Source: Octopus vulgaris (taxonomy: Eukaryota). Taken from it: a stretch of DNA of 64,000 bases. Under the pieces are notes generated by a model. The model did not search any database and was not told the DNA's origin. It was given only the letters and a program-made list of their open reading frames with translations. This document shows positions 12,451-25,609 of this stretch, piece by piece (within the stretch, counting starts at the first letter, position 1; every line of letters starts with the position of its first letter). The translations under genes and the position numbers were made by a program. Where the stretch lies: assembly GCA_951406725.2 (NCBI GenBank), contig OX597814.1, positions 77,190,001 to 77,254,000 on the forward strand. Reading direction: 5' to 3'.

Positions 12451-12712
12451 ATATATATTTACCACACGTTCTCTTACTCTTGCTGCTCTCTCTCTCCGTC
12501 TTGATATGACATGTAATTGCTTTCATTTTGTTTCAAACTTCGTCTATCTATCATAAAATGAAAGTAAAAACATTTTTATTTTCATTTTGTGATAGCTATC
12601 ACGTAGGAAACGCCAACTCCTAGATCTTGCTTTTTGATTGCATAAAAATGATCAAGCTTTAAGCCTCTGTACCTCTATAATATATTCTGAAAGTTCTCTG
12701 GAATAAATGAAT

Positions 12713-12782
<70 letters not shown>

Positions 12783-12864
12783 GTGAAAAGGAACACACGA
12801 GTTGATATATATGAAAAAACAAGTCAAGATAGAAAATGCTAAAATAATTTTATAAAGAACATTT

Positions 12865-12902
12865 CAGTACCGGTTTCGGTCATTTTGAGACCTTTTCAAC
12901 TG
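12865..12902 (-). ncRNA. Degenerate minimal hammerhead in PLE pLTR
   Basis: CAG-TTGAAAA-GGTC..GACC-GAAA-CCGG-TA-CTG. Stems intact; core has two changes from CTGANGA. Confidence 0.5.
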
Positions 12903-13065
12903 TAACGATTAAATAATTAAATTTAGAAAAATTAAAAGAAAAGTTTTTTTAAAGGAATATTTGTATAGTGTTCAAATATAAGTGGCATTTTCCTTGTTTC
13001 TGCCTTTCTCTGTCTCTCTTGTTTGCACTTGTGTGTTCGAGGTCGTTGTGAACTCTTGGTTGTGT

Positions 13066-13483
13066 AGAAGAAGAAGAAGAAGAAGAAGAAGAAGAAGAAG
13101 AAGAAGAAGAAGAAGAAGAAGAAGAAGAAGAAGGAGGATGATGAGGAGAAGGGGTGGAAAAATTTGGGAGTGCCTTGATTGTTGTACTTTGAATGGTCAG
13201 CGGCAGCTAGCTGTTGCAGTTCAATTCAGGAGAATATTTCTATTGAAAGGTTTGTTTATGGAATTTGCGTAGGTGTTATACTAAAAAGCATTAGTGATAA
13301 AGTTAAGAAGTAGAAGGTGGAGCAGAAGAAGAAGAAGAAGAAGAAGAAGAAGAAGAAGAAGAAGATGATGTTGATGATGATGAAGAAGAAGAAGAAGAAG
13401 AAGAAGAAGAAGAAGAAGAAGAAGAAGAAGAAGAAGAAGAAGAAGAAGAAGAAGAAGGAGAAGATGATGATGATGATGATGAC

Positions 13484-13520
<37 letters not shown>

Positions 13521-13692
13521 GTGATGTGCCTTGATTGTCGTATTTTGAATGGTCATTGGCGGCTAGCTGTTGCAGTTCAATTCAGGAGAATATTTCTATT
13601 GAAAGGTTTGTTTATGGAATTTGCGTAGGTGTTATACTAAAAAGCATTAGTGATAAAGTTAAGAAGTAGATGGAGCATAGGAAGAAGAAGAA

Positions 13693-13724
<32 letters not shown>

Positions 13725-13794
13725 CGATGTTGATGATGATGATGAAGAAGAAGAAGAAGAAGAAGGAGAAGGAGAAGAAGAAGAAAAAGAAGAA

Positions 13795-13853
<59 letters not shown>

Positions 13854-13920
13854 CGACGATGATGATGATAATAATGATGATGATGAAGAAGAAGAGGAAG
13901 AAGAAGAAAGAGAAGGGAGA
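13066..13920. repeat. (GAA)n/(GAT)n microsatellites with a duplicated 145-bp unique block
   Basis: 13170-13314 is repeated at 13526-13670. Confidence 0.9.
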
Positions 13921-15199
13921 ATGTGAATGAGTGGAAGTGGTGAGGTGTTGTATGACTTGAAGTTGGCACGCTATGGATTATAGCTGTGATTGGGGCTGAT
14001 TTGTAATGGATTCTTTGGAATGTAATATTTGCGTGTGTATTTGTGTTATTCTAAAGCTGAGGTGTATAAATCGTTTGTCGTAGACCCGTTAAGAAGTGGC
14101 CTGTATTTTGTAATAAAGAGAGTTTCTTTACTTATTCGTTGTCTCGAGGTTGTATCGTCCCTGAATTGGTAGAGGGGGAAAATCCTGAAGCCTGGTGTTT
14201 TGTTGTTGGCGCAAGTATCTATGTGTTGGCTGAAAGCCATTTTTCTGTTTTGGGGAATTTTTATCTGGGATCTGTGCAGGGCCATTCTTTTACGCAAACT
14301 ATTTTTTGTTTGGCCTATGTACTGCTCTTGACACCCAGAGCAGGTTAGTGTGTATATCAGGTTCTCCGAGGCACATGTGAAGTTGCTTTTCACTGTAAAC
14401 CGTTGTCCCTGTTTGAAGGAGAACTCTGATCCCTCAATTAGATAATCGCATATCCCGCAATTGGGTCTTCCACATTTTTTTACTGTCGGCTTCTGTGTTG
14501 AAGAGTGTATTCGGGCTTGTGTTAGGATACTTTTCATAGATTTAAGGTGTCTCTTGCTTTTTATGATCGTGTGTGTTTGGAAGATTGTGTTCATTCTGTG
14601 GTCTTTTTTTAGGAGGGGTATGTTTTCGAGGATGGTGCCGAAGGCTTCATTGTTGAGAGGGTTGTGTGTGGAGATATATATGGTAAGGCTTTTGGTCGTA
14701 AATTTTTCTTTGATTTGGGATGTCTCAGTTCCTGGATGTTAAGTTGAAGGGCACGTTGAATGCATATGTCAATAAGTGAACTCCCCTTCCTCGATATCCT
14801 CATTAAGAAAGCTAATAATGTAATAGAAACAGACATATATTATAAGCCTACAGATTCTAAGCAATATCTTCCATTCAATTCATGCCACCCCAGACACACC
14901 AGAATGAATATCCCCTTCAATCTAGCAAAAAGGATATGTACTATAGTTTCTAATGCAAACACCAGAGACACACGTCTACAAGAACTAAAAGATACCCTCA
15001 TCACCAGCACGTTGAATGCATATGTCAATAAGTGAAGGTGGGTAGTTCCTGGTGATGAGGGTATCAAGCACTTTCTCCAAAAGAAACTACCCTTGCTTCC
15101 TTTTTTAAGTTGTGTCAAGTAGATGAAGATGCAAGAAAGCAAGAAAACACCTTTACACACATCACCCAAGAGTTACACCTGGAGAAACAATAAATAGCA

Positions 15200-15845
15200 C
15201 AAGAGGAAACGGCTGACGTTCTTGCAAGAATTTATAGCGTCCCCCCAAGCCAAGAAGAATGGTGCTACTTACGGCTCTTTTCGCATGAAGTACGTGTTCC
15301 CAAATCATTCTAAAATTCGAGGAGGGTAAATGGTCATGTGTGTGAAACTTATAGGGAAGCATGCTACCAACAAACTTATTTTAGAAAATGATAAGCATTG
15401 GGAACTTGCATTGACTGAAGCATCGATATCAGATTCTCCAAGGAGACTCCGTACCTTTTGTGCAATTATACTGAATATGTGTCAGCTTGGCAGTCTCCTA
15501 CAGCTTTGAATGAAACATCATGAGGACATGGCTGAAGACTTAAAGTATGCAGTTCAACAGGCAAACCCAGATATCAATATTCAATTCTCTGAAACAATTT
15601 TTAACCAATCACTGATTGAAACTGTGGATGAAGTTTTGGCCATGGGGGCGGGTAAACATTTGCAAGAGTCTGGCTCTGGACTGCCAAAAACAAACCATCA
15701 AATTAGTGATTTAACTTCAAGAGACATAGCAAGAGAGGCAAATTGTAACATCACAGACTTGGCTGCATTTATGAATGAACACGAACCTAAACTTCTTCCG
15801 GAACAACGCTGTGCAGACGATCACATTTTTTTGTTGATATATTAA
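15200..15845 (+). mobile_element. Helitron RepHel fragment
   Basis: TYREAC...LENDKHWELALTEASISDSPRRLRT...EDMAEDL...FNQSL resembles the Helitron Rep-helicase linker. Contains stops. Confidence 0.7.
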
Positions 15846-17442
15846 TATGATATTAATATTCATATATTAATATATTGAGCTGGCTCAATATATTAACACC
15901 TTTTCGTCTACAGCGAGAAATTTTCTCCGTGACAAAATACAGGGAATGGCTTTCTTACGGGTTCGAATATCCCTCAAGCATATTTAAGATGGCAACAAGT
16001 TTGTAAAGATTCGTAATGTCTAAAACTTCTTAGAGTCAGTTTTGATTTAATACTCTGGTATAATTTTTCGACAGAGTTCAGATCAAAATTGTGCCTTTAT
16101 CAAAAACATCTGAATTAAAAACATACTCCAAAAATAAGTTTCCACTATATTGTCAGAAGACGCAATGTTATATTGTTACATCGTTAATCAGATGGGCGAT
16201 GGTTAGTTGTTGTATAAAAGTTTTAAAAAATGCTAATGTAAGATTTGTTTTTGTGGTATACTGTGGTGACTTTTTCATTCCATACAATCGATAGTCCAAC
16301 ACATTGTCCGATGATGTAGCACACATCATACTACAATTTCGAAAATAAATTCCTTGTCAATTCATGTTACCTTCCCTTAAAATTCCATTTGAAACCTATG
16401 ATTGCCAGCTAGGAAGTCTTGATATATCTTGCCAGATATAATCTTTTTAAGTTGTTAAAGACAACATCATCAAGTTAAAGAAATTTATTTCTGATAGGTC
16501 GTAGATTAGAAAATGGAAAAGTGGAGTGTATTGATGGTTTCGATAAAATTATCATCAAAACAGGCAAATAATTCGGGGACCTGCCCAGCTAAGTGAATAT
16601 TTGGGCTTCAACGTGGCGAACGAACAAGGTTGCACAATTGATGCCTATCTTGGTGACAATGCTTACTCATTTCAATTATTTGTAAAAATTATCAGAGAAA
16701 AAGAATCGATTTAGAATAGGGATTCGACAGGTTATAATATAAAGACGCTAGCTTGATTTGTTGTACTATGGTTTGAGATGAATTTTATAGACGAGAGACT
16801 ATCTCACTGGGAGCGATAACGCTTTGAGGGAACTAACGTTTCTAGTGAAGAGAAGTTTGGAGGGAAGTAAAACATCTTGAAAAAGTGGAGATATGGTTAA
16901 TGTCTTTGATATGAGTATTGAATGGCAGCAATTAACAGCGATATATGTAAACTAGTCGAGACAGCTGTGTATTATTTCTGTGGGGGCAGCTAAAAGAAGA
17001 GACGACAGAACGGTTAGGAATTTGGGGCTGGGCGATTTGGGAGAGTGAAAATGCGGGGTATTTTTAGGCTGAAGTTAGTGATTGATGAGAAAAGACGAGC
17101 TGGTGCATTGTAGTAGGAATATATTTTTAGATTTTTTTCTCAGGGTAGTATCCGGTTCTACCGGATACTACAGTCTCTTTGTTGTATAGATCCGCATGTC
17201 AAGCCACTACTGCATCACCTTTTGTTGCTTGCTTAATGTCGATGTCATACAGGAAACGGTAATGAGGAATGTAACAAATTTTATATGGGAAATATTAAAG
17301 CGCTTCAGTCAGTCGTGGAAGTCGAAACAATATTTACAATTACTCGTTAGGTACCTTGTGAACAATGTGTATAGAAACAACGTCCCTACCTACTTTTTAC
17401 AATTCAATACTTCATAGAAATTATTCACCAACATTTTTGATT

Positions 17443-17527
17443 AATGACGTAAATGCATAAAAAAAGAAAAGGGAAAAATCTTACTACTTTCCAAGTCTGT
17501 TGCATCCGGTATGAAGAGGATAAATAG
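17443..17527 (+). promoter_or_regulatory. Putative proximal promoter of paralogue B
   Basis: AATGACGTAA 17443, ATCCGGTATGAA 17504, TAAATAG 17521, shared with 408-492. Confidence 0.55.
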
Positions 17528-17582
17528 AAGTATTTTTCCCCAACACTTTACTTGTGAGAATTGCTTGAAAGTAGCAACTACG

Positions 17583-17810
17583 ATGAAGTGGCTTATCGAA
17601 GCTTGCATATTTTTACCGTTGCTCTGCAGTGGCCAACCAACTAAAGACATCGTAACTGAAGGAAAAGTCGGCGATGACATTGTCGAACGTGTTTTAGATG
17701 TCCTTACATCATATAATATATCCTTTGATAGGAAATGTCTCCAGGATTTAGCTTTTCTCCGAAGCAATAATGGTGTTCCATATATAACTGGAAAAGGAGG
17801 TATATGGCGG
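17583..17810 (+). CDS. Paralogue B exon 1: signal peptide and N-half of lysozyme-like domain
   Basis: MKWLIEACIFLPLLCSG...GDDIVERVLDVL...LQDLAFLRSNNG...GGIWR; donor GTAAGC at 17811, phase 0. Confidence 0.8.
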
Positions 17811-17929
17811 GTAAGCGTTTTCATTTAATGCAAAGAACTCACTTAAATTAGAGATTAGCATATGATTTATTAGGCGCTTAACCGGTAAATAGGTAATACC
17901 TGGATTCTCAGGGGACTTCTTTCACCCAA

Positions 17930-18470
17930 TGTATACTATTTTCTAATATGAACACAATGTCACACATTTGCCAGGCAGGGAGAACAGTCGATTGTATCGG
18001 CTCTTAACTTCATTGATACTTATCTTATTGACCCTGGAAGGAGAACGTGAGCGCAACCGATTTTGCAAAGTTATATCTTTATATATAAAAGAAAGGTCGT
18101 GTGTCTGTCTACTCCGATTTAGATTCCTAACTACTCCCACATTTTGCGATGCAGTTTAACCAAAACCGGGTATCTTATAGTCGTGATTCATATCAAGCCC
18201 TTCTGGGTATTAGTGCGCGTCTACGATGAGTCTACTATTTTTTAAATAATTTACCATCATTTTTCCCATTTTAATGCATATTTTTTTTTAATATAAGGGA
18301 AGTAACTCTCTAAATATGTCTACGATTAGTCAACGATTTTTAAAAAAATTTACCATAATTTTTTTTTCCATTTTTAATGCATTTTTTGCTATTTTTTTGC
18401 TATAACTCTCTAAAAATGCTTTATAGTTATTTCCCTTACAAACCCGAGCAACGCCGGGCGATACTGCTAG
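17930..18470 (+). mobile_element. Non-autonomous Helitron-like element in intron 1
   Basis: 3' hairpin CCCGAGCAACGCCGGG followed by ATACTGCTAG-T. 5' boundary uncertain. Confidence 0.55.
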
Positions 18471-18685
18471 TTAATAATATATTATAAGCTTTCAAGAAGA
18501 CTAGTTCACCAAAACAGAAAGTTATCTTAACAACAAAATTCTATTCTTAATTCCTAGGTAAAAAAAAAAAACAACTATATATTCATGTCATTGTTTCCAT
18601 ACTTCTGCTAATCTATCGAACTATTGTTTTTACTTTTATTTTATTTATTTTACATTTGTCAAATTTTCTATATTCTATATTCTAG

Positions 18686-18938
18686 GTTAACAGTTCTCAA
18701 CTAACTGATGCACAAACTGCCTGCCAGACATCCTTGTTCAACCAATGTAGAATTAGCAAACTATTGACTGGTGAAGAAGTTTCTTCATTTGATATAGCTG
18801 ATCTTGATAAACCCCTTTATTCAGCTCTTGCAATGATCTTCTATGTTTTATCACTTGATAAATCTATACCTATTCAAGACTATGAAAAATATTGTAAGCT
18901 ACCCATCAAACCCTTGAAATTATCTAATCAAGAACCTA
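18686..18938 (+). CDS. Paralogue B exon 2: C-half of lysozyme-like domain
   Basis: Acceptor attctAG ends 18685 (phase 0). Open frame VNSSQL...DLDKPLYSALAMIFYVLSLDKSIP...LSNQEP. Donor GTAAGT at 18939 (phase 1). Confidence 0.8.
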
Positions 18939-19143
18939 GTAAGTAATATATATATATTTAGAAATCATTTCATTTATGTGTGTACGTGTGAGGGTGTATG
19001 TATGTATGTATGTATGTATGTATGTATGTATGTATGTATGTATGTATGTATTTGATCTTCAAAAAAGGGTGAAAAATAGAGACTGGCTCTTAACAGAAGA
19101 GCCGTTTTTAAATCCCTACAGAAGTTGTGGATGTTGCTATTAC

Positions 19144-19189
<46 letters not shown>

Positions 19190-19865
19190 GTTGTTGTTGT
19201 TGTTGTTGTTGTTGTTTTTGTTGTTGTTGTTGTTGTTGAAATTAATAGAGGCCTAGCTGACAATTTTTTTGGGGGGAATAGAATCCTAAACTATAAGTTA
19301 GTGGTAGACATTCGATTTACTTCCTTACTGCTCCTGATAGACATGTCCATCTCTCAGTTTCTTGGACTGTATTCTTAATGCATAAACCGATTTTGTGAGC
19401 GTAGCAGACTTAATATTTTGTCAAATTTAACACTACCACCAAACCCTGAGAGTCTTGGCAGGTCTACGCTAGTGCTAACTTTTGGGCCTTGTCACTAGTT
19501 TGAACATACTGTCTACTCACCAGTTTTGGATGTTCTCGGTAAAAGCTCAAAGCTGTAAAATATTCAGTTTTCAGTTAGTCTATTACTTATGGAAAAATTA
19601 GAACTTTAAGAGCCGACTTATAAACTTTCCTTGTAGAATGAACATTAATTAAATTGAAATACTATTCAAAGTGCGCACCAAAGACTATAGAAAAAGGCAG
19701 GTTTCAGCCAAACTATTAAATGTACATAAAAGTAGTTAGCATCAACACATTTGTCACAACGAATACACTTGAATCCAATTTTGTTTTTGTTTTTTTGTTT
19801 TTGTTTTTTTGCAGTATATGTTAACTGTGTATAATATTTTCTGTGATATCTTCTTAATTCAGCAG

Positions 19866-20632
19866 ATGAAACTACAGAAAGTGTCATGAATCCATGTACA
19901 ACTGAAAATGTTGAAGCAGGAAGATTCTATTTCGCTCATCCAGACCCTAGAAAGTACATTAGATGCACTGAATGGGGTACATTCTCCGTGATGTTGTGTG
20001 CGCCGGGTACAATATGGTCACAGAGTGTCACTGAATGTGTTAGAGAGAACAGCAACCCGCTAACTAACGATAACACTGAAGCAACCAAAGACTCGGAGAC
20101 GTCTACCTCATGCACCATTCTTAAAAATAACCCATGCACGAAAGAAAATACTGACGCAGGTAAATTCTATTTTGCTCACCCAGATCCTCAGAAATTCATT
20201 CAATGTACGGAATGGGGTTCATATTACGAAATGCCATGTCCTCTGGGCACAGTTTGGTCACAGATTGCCTATACATGCATTAGAAAAAGTGGAAACAAGA
20301 TGAATGAAGATAGCACAACAGTAACGTCTCAAGGCACACAAATGATCCTACCCACACTTCTTAACAACAACCCATGCACTAAAGAAAATATTGGCGCTGG
20401 TAAATTTTATTTCAGTCACCCAGACCCAACAAAGTTCATTCAATGTACGGAATGGGGTTCATATTATGAAATGCCATGTGCGCCGGGCACAGTTTGGTCA
20501 CCGATTGCCTATACATGTATTCATAATTTCATAAAATGTAACAGTAGAAAAGAAACTACCCCAGCACCCAGCAGATCTTCCCTTCCATTCTCTTCAACAC
20601 TTAAATGGGTAACCAGAGGTGAACTTTCGTAA
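19866..20632 (+). CDS. Paralogue B exon 3: three 4-Cys chitin-binding domains; spliced protein ~415 aa
   Basis: CAGCAG tandem acceptor (exon start 19863 or 19866), phase 1 matching exon 2. Three NPCT.EN..AG.FYF.HPDP.KFIQCTEWG...C..GT.WS....C units. Stop TAA at 20630; AATAAA at 20890 and 20927. Confidence 0.85.
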
Positions 20633-21582
20633 ATACAAGTCATTTATCATGAGAACAGTATTATTTTTATACAATCATTCGAATCAATAATTTATTATAT
20701 TTTTGTCTTTTTCACCTGTTTTGTGCTTTTCATTCTTACTGATCGCATATATACAACTAAATTACTGTTATTACCATTGTTATGTACATAACTATTGTTA
20801 GCCATTTGAGAACGCAATTTCTATTTGACCTAGAAAATATATAATGTAAACATACATTCCAAGCCTCTCTTAAACAGGCCTTGTACTATAATAAAGAAAA
20901 TCAAATAATATATAATTACTGTCACTAATAAACAACATTTTTTGCATTTAATTTCTCGTAAAGTGTTTTTCTTTTGGGATGGTCATTTTCTTTTTCTCTT
21001 GCCAAATATAACAATATCTGTTTCAACACACGATTTCACAACAGCAATCTTGCAAAACAAATTCAGTAATGTCTTTCTTTTATAAACTTCCTACAACAGT
21101 TTCTCCTGCTTTTCTTTCGTTCTTATTTCCAATTCATTTACATTCAAATTTACTCCGTTAAAGCCGTTATTGTTGACACACTTGACACACTTAAAATCTC
21201 TTTTGCTAAAGATATGATAATAACGGAGACAGAAAGCGGAAATATGTTTATATGCATTTATTTGTAAGTGAAATGTTACATTAACGAGTTGTTTTTGAGA
21301 GATTTAAGAATCCGTGAGTGTGTAGCCATAACTTATTCTCAAATTATGTAAGTCACTCTTGTGGTTTTTAGAGTGTCCGTAACTGAAAAAGCTGGATTAT
21401 TTGCTGAATGTACTGAGGAAATCTTCATGCAAATATATGTGTGCGTATGTGTGTACGCGCCTGCGCATGTGTACATACACATATATACATACATATTTAG
21501 ACATCTATATTTGTACATATCTGTGCGCATACACACACACACAAGAATAGGTATGTATAAAAAGGTATATATATATACCTTC

Positions 21583-21647
<65 letters not shown>

Positions 21648-21730
21648 GGTCCCGGGTTGATTCGGGGTTAACCACAGTAAATAAGGTACTCAATACATAG
21701 CAGAGTAAAATTAATTTATTATATAGAAGG

Positions 21731-21781
21731 AGCTTCTACAGGACTAGAACTGTTTCATTCAAGAGAAATCTTCAGGAAGCT
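21731..21781 (-). ncRNA. Type I hammerhead ribozyme motif (inverted copy)
   Basis: Reverse complement of 23915-23965. Confidence 0.7.
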
Positions 21782-22387
21782 AGTTAACAAGAATTGTATT
21801 GGCATTTATATATTTAGGCAGGGTTAAAGGGGTGTTGGTGGGGGACTTTTTGGGGGTAGGCATAGCGCAAAATATCATACTTGGGGGAGTGGTCAAGGAG
21901 TCAGTGTTAGATTAGATAGAAGAATAAATAAAAAAATAAAAAAATAAAAAAATAAAAAAATCTATATATAAAAAAAAAAGGGGAATAGAGTTTTAGGTAA
22001 ATAAGGAGATTCTCACTTATACCTATGCACACATGTATACATACATACACACACATACAAACATATATACATATACATACACACATACATACACACACAT
22101 ATATATACATATATATACACTTACACATACATATACATATCTACACATACACATATATGTATACATACACACACTCACATGCATACACGTATACACACAT
22201 GTATATATACACACACGACCACACATACATATACGCACAGAAAAATATATATACACATACACACACATACTCACATACACGCATACACACACATATCCAC
22301 ACACACACATGCACACACAGCACACTAGTCCCTATATACACATATATATACACATACACACACATATACACACACACACATACATAT

Positions 22388-22461
<74 letters not shown>

Positions 22462-22791
22462 GTGTACCTATGCATACCTACACATACACATATATATATA
22501 CACATACAAATACAGACCCATTCCCTAATTTTAATTTTATTATCTTCGTTTATTACTTTTGTTATCTTTGGCCGCTTGGTCACAAACATCTTGGCTATGA
22601 CAGCCAGTCCATTTATCTGTCTACTGGAAAACAAGCACTCATTCACTCACGCACACTCTTTAGCACGTACACGGATGTATGTATGTGTATGTGTGTATAT
22701 GTATGTATGTGTATGTGTGTATATATATGTATATGTGTGTGTATGCGTATGTGTGTGTATATATATGTATATGTATATGCGTATATATATG

Positions 22792-22834
<43 letters not shown>

Positions 22835-23243
22835 ATTTGTATGTAGGTGTATATGTATGTGTGTGTATTTATATTTATTGGTGTATATATATAGACTAGC
22901 CTTCTAAGAGTGTAGACATGAATCTGTAGGTACGCGTACGTATGTGTATATACGTGAATGTATGTAGATGTATGTATGTATTAATATAACGCGTGCGTGC
23001 GTGTATGTGTATGAGTGTACGAATGAGTGAGTGTACGTGCTAAAGAGTGTGCGTGAGTGAATGAGTGCTTGTTTTCCAGTAGACAGATAAATGGACTGGC
23101 TGTCATAGCCAAGATGTTTGTGACCAAGCGGCCAAAGATAACAAAAGTAATAAACGAAGATAATAAAATTAAAATTAGGGAATGGGTCTGTATTTGTATG
23201 TGTATATATATATGTGTGTATGTGTAGGTATGCATAGGTACAC

Positions 23244-23313
<70 letters not shown>

Positions 23314-23914
23314 ATGTATGTGTGTGTGTATATGTGTGTGTATGTGTATATATATGTGCATATAGGGACTAGTGTGCTGTGTGTGCATGTGTGTGTGTGG
23401 ATATGTGTGTGTATGCGTGTATGTGAGTATGTGTGTGTATGTGTATATATATTTTTCTGTGCGTATATGTATGTGTGGTCGTGTGTGTATATATACATGT
23501 GTGTATACGTGTATGCATGTGAGTGTGTGTATGTATACATATATGTGTATGTGTAGATATGTATATGTATGTGTAAGTGTATATATATGTATATATATGT
23601 GTGTGTATGTATGTGTGTATGTATATGTATATATGTTTGTATGTGTGTGTATGTATGTATACATGTGTGCATAGGTATAAGTGAGAATCTCCTTATTTAC
23701 CTAAAACTCTATTCCCCTTTTTTTTTATATATAGATTTTTTTATTTTTTTATTTTTTTATTTTTTTATTTATTCTTCTATCTAATTTAACACTGACTCCT
23801 TGACCACTCCCCCAAGTATGATATTTTGCGCTATGCCTACCCCCAAAAAGTCCCCCACCAACACCCCTTTAAACCTGCCTAAATATATAAATGCCAATAC
23901 AATTCTTGTTAACT

Positions 23915-23965
23915 AGCTTCCTGAAGATTTCTCTTGAATGAAACAGTTCTAGTCCTGTAGAAGCT
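23915..23965 (+). ncRNA. Type I hammerhead ribozyme motif
   Basis: AGCTTC-CTGAAGA-TTTCTCTTGAAT-GAAA-CAG..CTG-TA-GAAGCT; stems I and III pair perfectly. Confidence 0.7.
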
Positions 23966-23976
23966 CCTTCTATATA

Positions 23977-24019
<43 letters not shown>

Positions 24020-24625
24020 GGCTGCTTTCTCGTATATGAGCAAAGCTATTTCTAGAAAGAATCATTGAAATGAGTCATTGATGATGCAATGTGAAGCCCT
24101 TATATTACTCTTCAGCCCGACCAAAGATTTGCACATTCTATTGCATGATGCACAGCTGTGCTGGCTGGCAGAGGAAACAGATACCACAGTGTGAAGTTTT
24201 TTGACTACATGCCTTTTCAATCCTCCAACTGAAAGGCACACCTTTCCACAGGTTGCACGTGTTCTGTTGTGAACAATAGGTGTATCATAATTTATAAGGG
24301 GTTGATTCCTGTGAGTTCTCTGATAGCTGACCAAGCCTGCATGACTCAAACATTTCCTCCCACAAATCACATACATAAAAAGTAACACTCCCTCATTTTC
24401 TACAGATTTGTTCTTTCTAAACCTTCTCTTGATCTTTCCGTGTTTCATTCTCTGTCTTTCAAACTTCGAACAACCACTGTGCACCCTTTTCCTCCCTCTA
24501 TTTCGGCCTTGTGCCTCCCACTCCCAATCAACAACTGAAACCTCTGTCTGCATCAGAGCAATTCTGAGGGAGTCCTTGAACCTCATTTTGGGTTTTTATG
24601 TGCTGGTCTTCTATCATCTTACTGC
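24020..24625 (-). mobile_element. RTE-clade LINE 3' fragment with three C2H2-like zinc fingers
   Basis: KPKMRFKDSL...W...ICGRKCLSHAGLVSYQRTH, TCGKVCLSVGGLKRH, SCNRMCKSLVGLKSN. Confidence 0.65.
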
Positions 24626-24665
24626 TCACCATATATATATACATATATATACATACACACACACA

Positions 24666-24739
<74 letters not shown>

Positions 24740-24743
<4 letters not shown>

Positions 24744-25572
24744 AATGAGATAGGGGTTGAAAATTCAACCCACCATGGGATAATATATATCCAATATACT
24801 GCTAGATAGGTACCCAACAAAATTGATACATAGATGTTAGAAATTGCCAAGCAATCAGTTCATCTATTGTATTAAATGGGTAAGGGTAATAATATTACCG
24901 TAAATTAATACTACAAAATTAGAGAATGGAGAAACATACTTAAATCAATAAAACATCAACTATCCGATGATACTCAATCCATACTTTAATACACCATTAC
25001 ATAGGAGTAAAGGCAATATATAAAATGAAATGAAATGAGATATACAGTAATAGTAAAAGTAAAAAGATAAAGAGATATAAGTAAAAAATTACAAATACAA
25101 TATGCAAATAAATCAAAACTGACAGCTGTTTCGGCAGTGAGGACAGTCATACCTCATTTAACCTATAAGCCATAAAGGCAGGTATAAATGAGGCATTAAC
25201 AAAGATGCCCCACGGCCTCTTCAGAGAATTAAATTAAATTTGTTATAATAGTGAAAAATATTATATAATCATATACATATAAATATAAAAATATAAAAAA
25301 GTAAAATATAAAAACTTATACATCATAATGCTACACTTGTATAATATAATACACATTTGTACAAAAAGGAAGGTAGCCAGAACAAAATAAAACAAAATAT
25401 ATAACAGTGTATATATAATATTAATAAGTACCGATATCATACATATTTAGCTAATAGTTTTTTTTATATATAAAAAAAAGGGCTAACACATATGGAGATG
25501 AAAAATAATAATAATTAAATCCGTGGTACAGTTCATAAAATTCTAAAGCTATAAAAGTTAATAAAAATTACT

Positions 25573-25609
<37 letters not shown>

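Larger units (their letters stand above)
12780..15065 (-). mobile_element. 5'-truncated Penelope-like element (Neptune-like), with rearranged 5' end
   Basis: GIY-YIG ORF 14046-14594 (KCGRPNCGIC...LIYTLTC...YIGQT). RT-thumb fragment ELPFLDI...YYKPTD...SCHP is inverted at 14781-15006. Microsatellite-rich 3' region and pLTR abut (TA)n. Confidence 0.85.
21645..23981. mobile_element. Palindromic non-autonomous PLE-type element with ~950-bp inverted arms, inside (TA)n
   Basis: 21715-22672 is the near-perfect reverse complement of 23031-23981. A hammerhead lies near each outer end. Confidence 0.8.

Noticed and set aside
12982-13969. Poly-Lys/Met/His/Leu ORFs resembling His-rich structural proteins
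   Set aside because: Translations of (GAA)n/(GAT)n microsatellites within a PLE 3' region.
21907-23784. Long YI/HT/CV-rich ORFs
   Set aside because: Dinucleotide-repeat artefacts inside the fold-back element.
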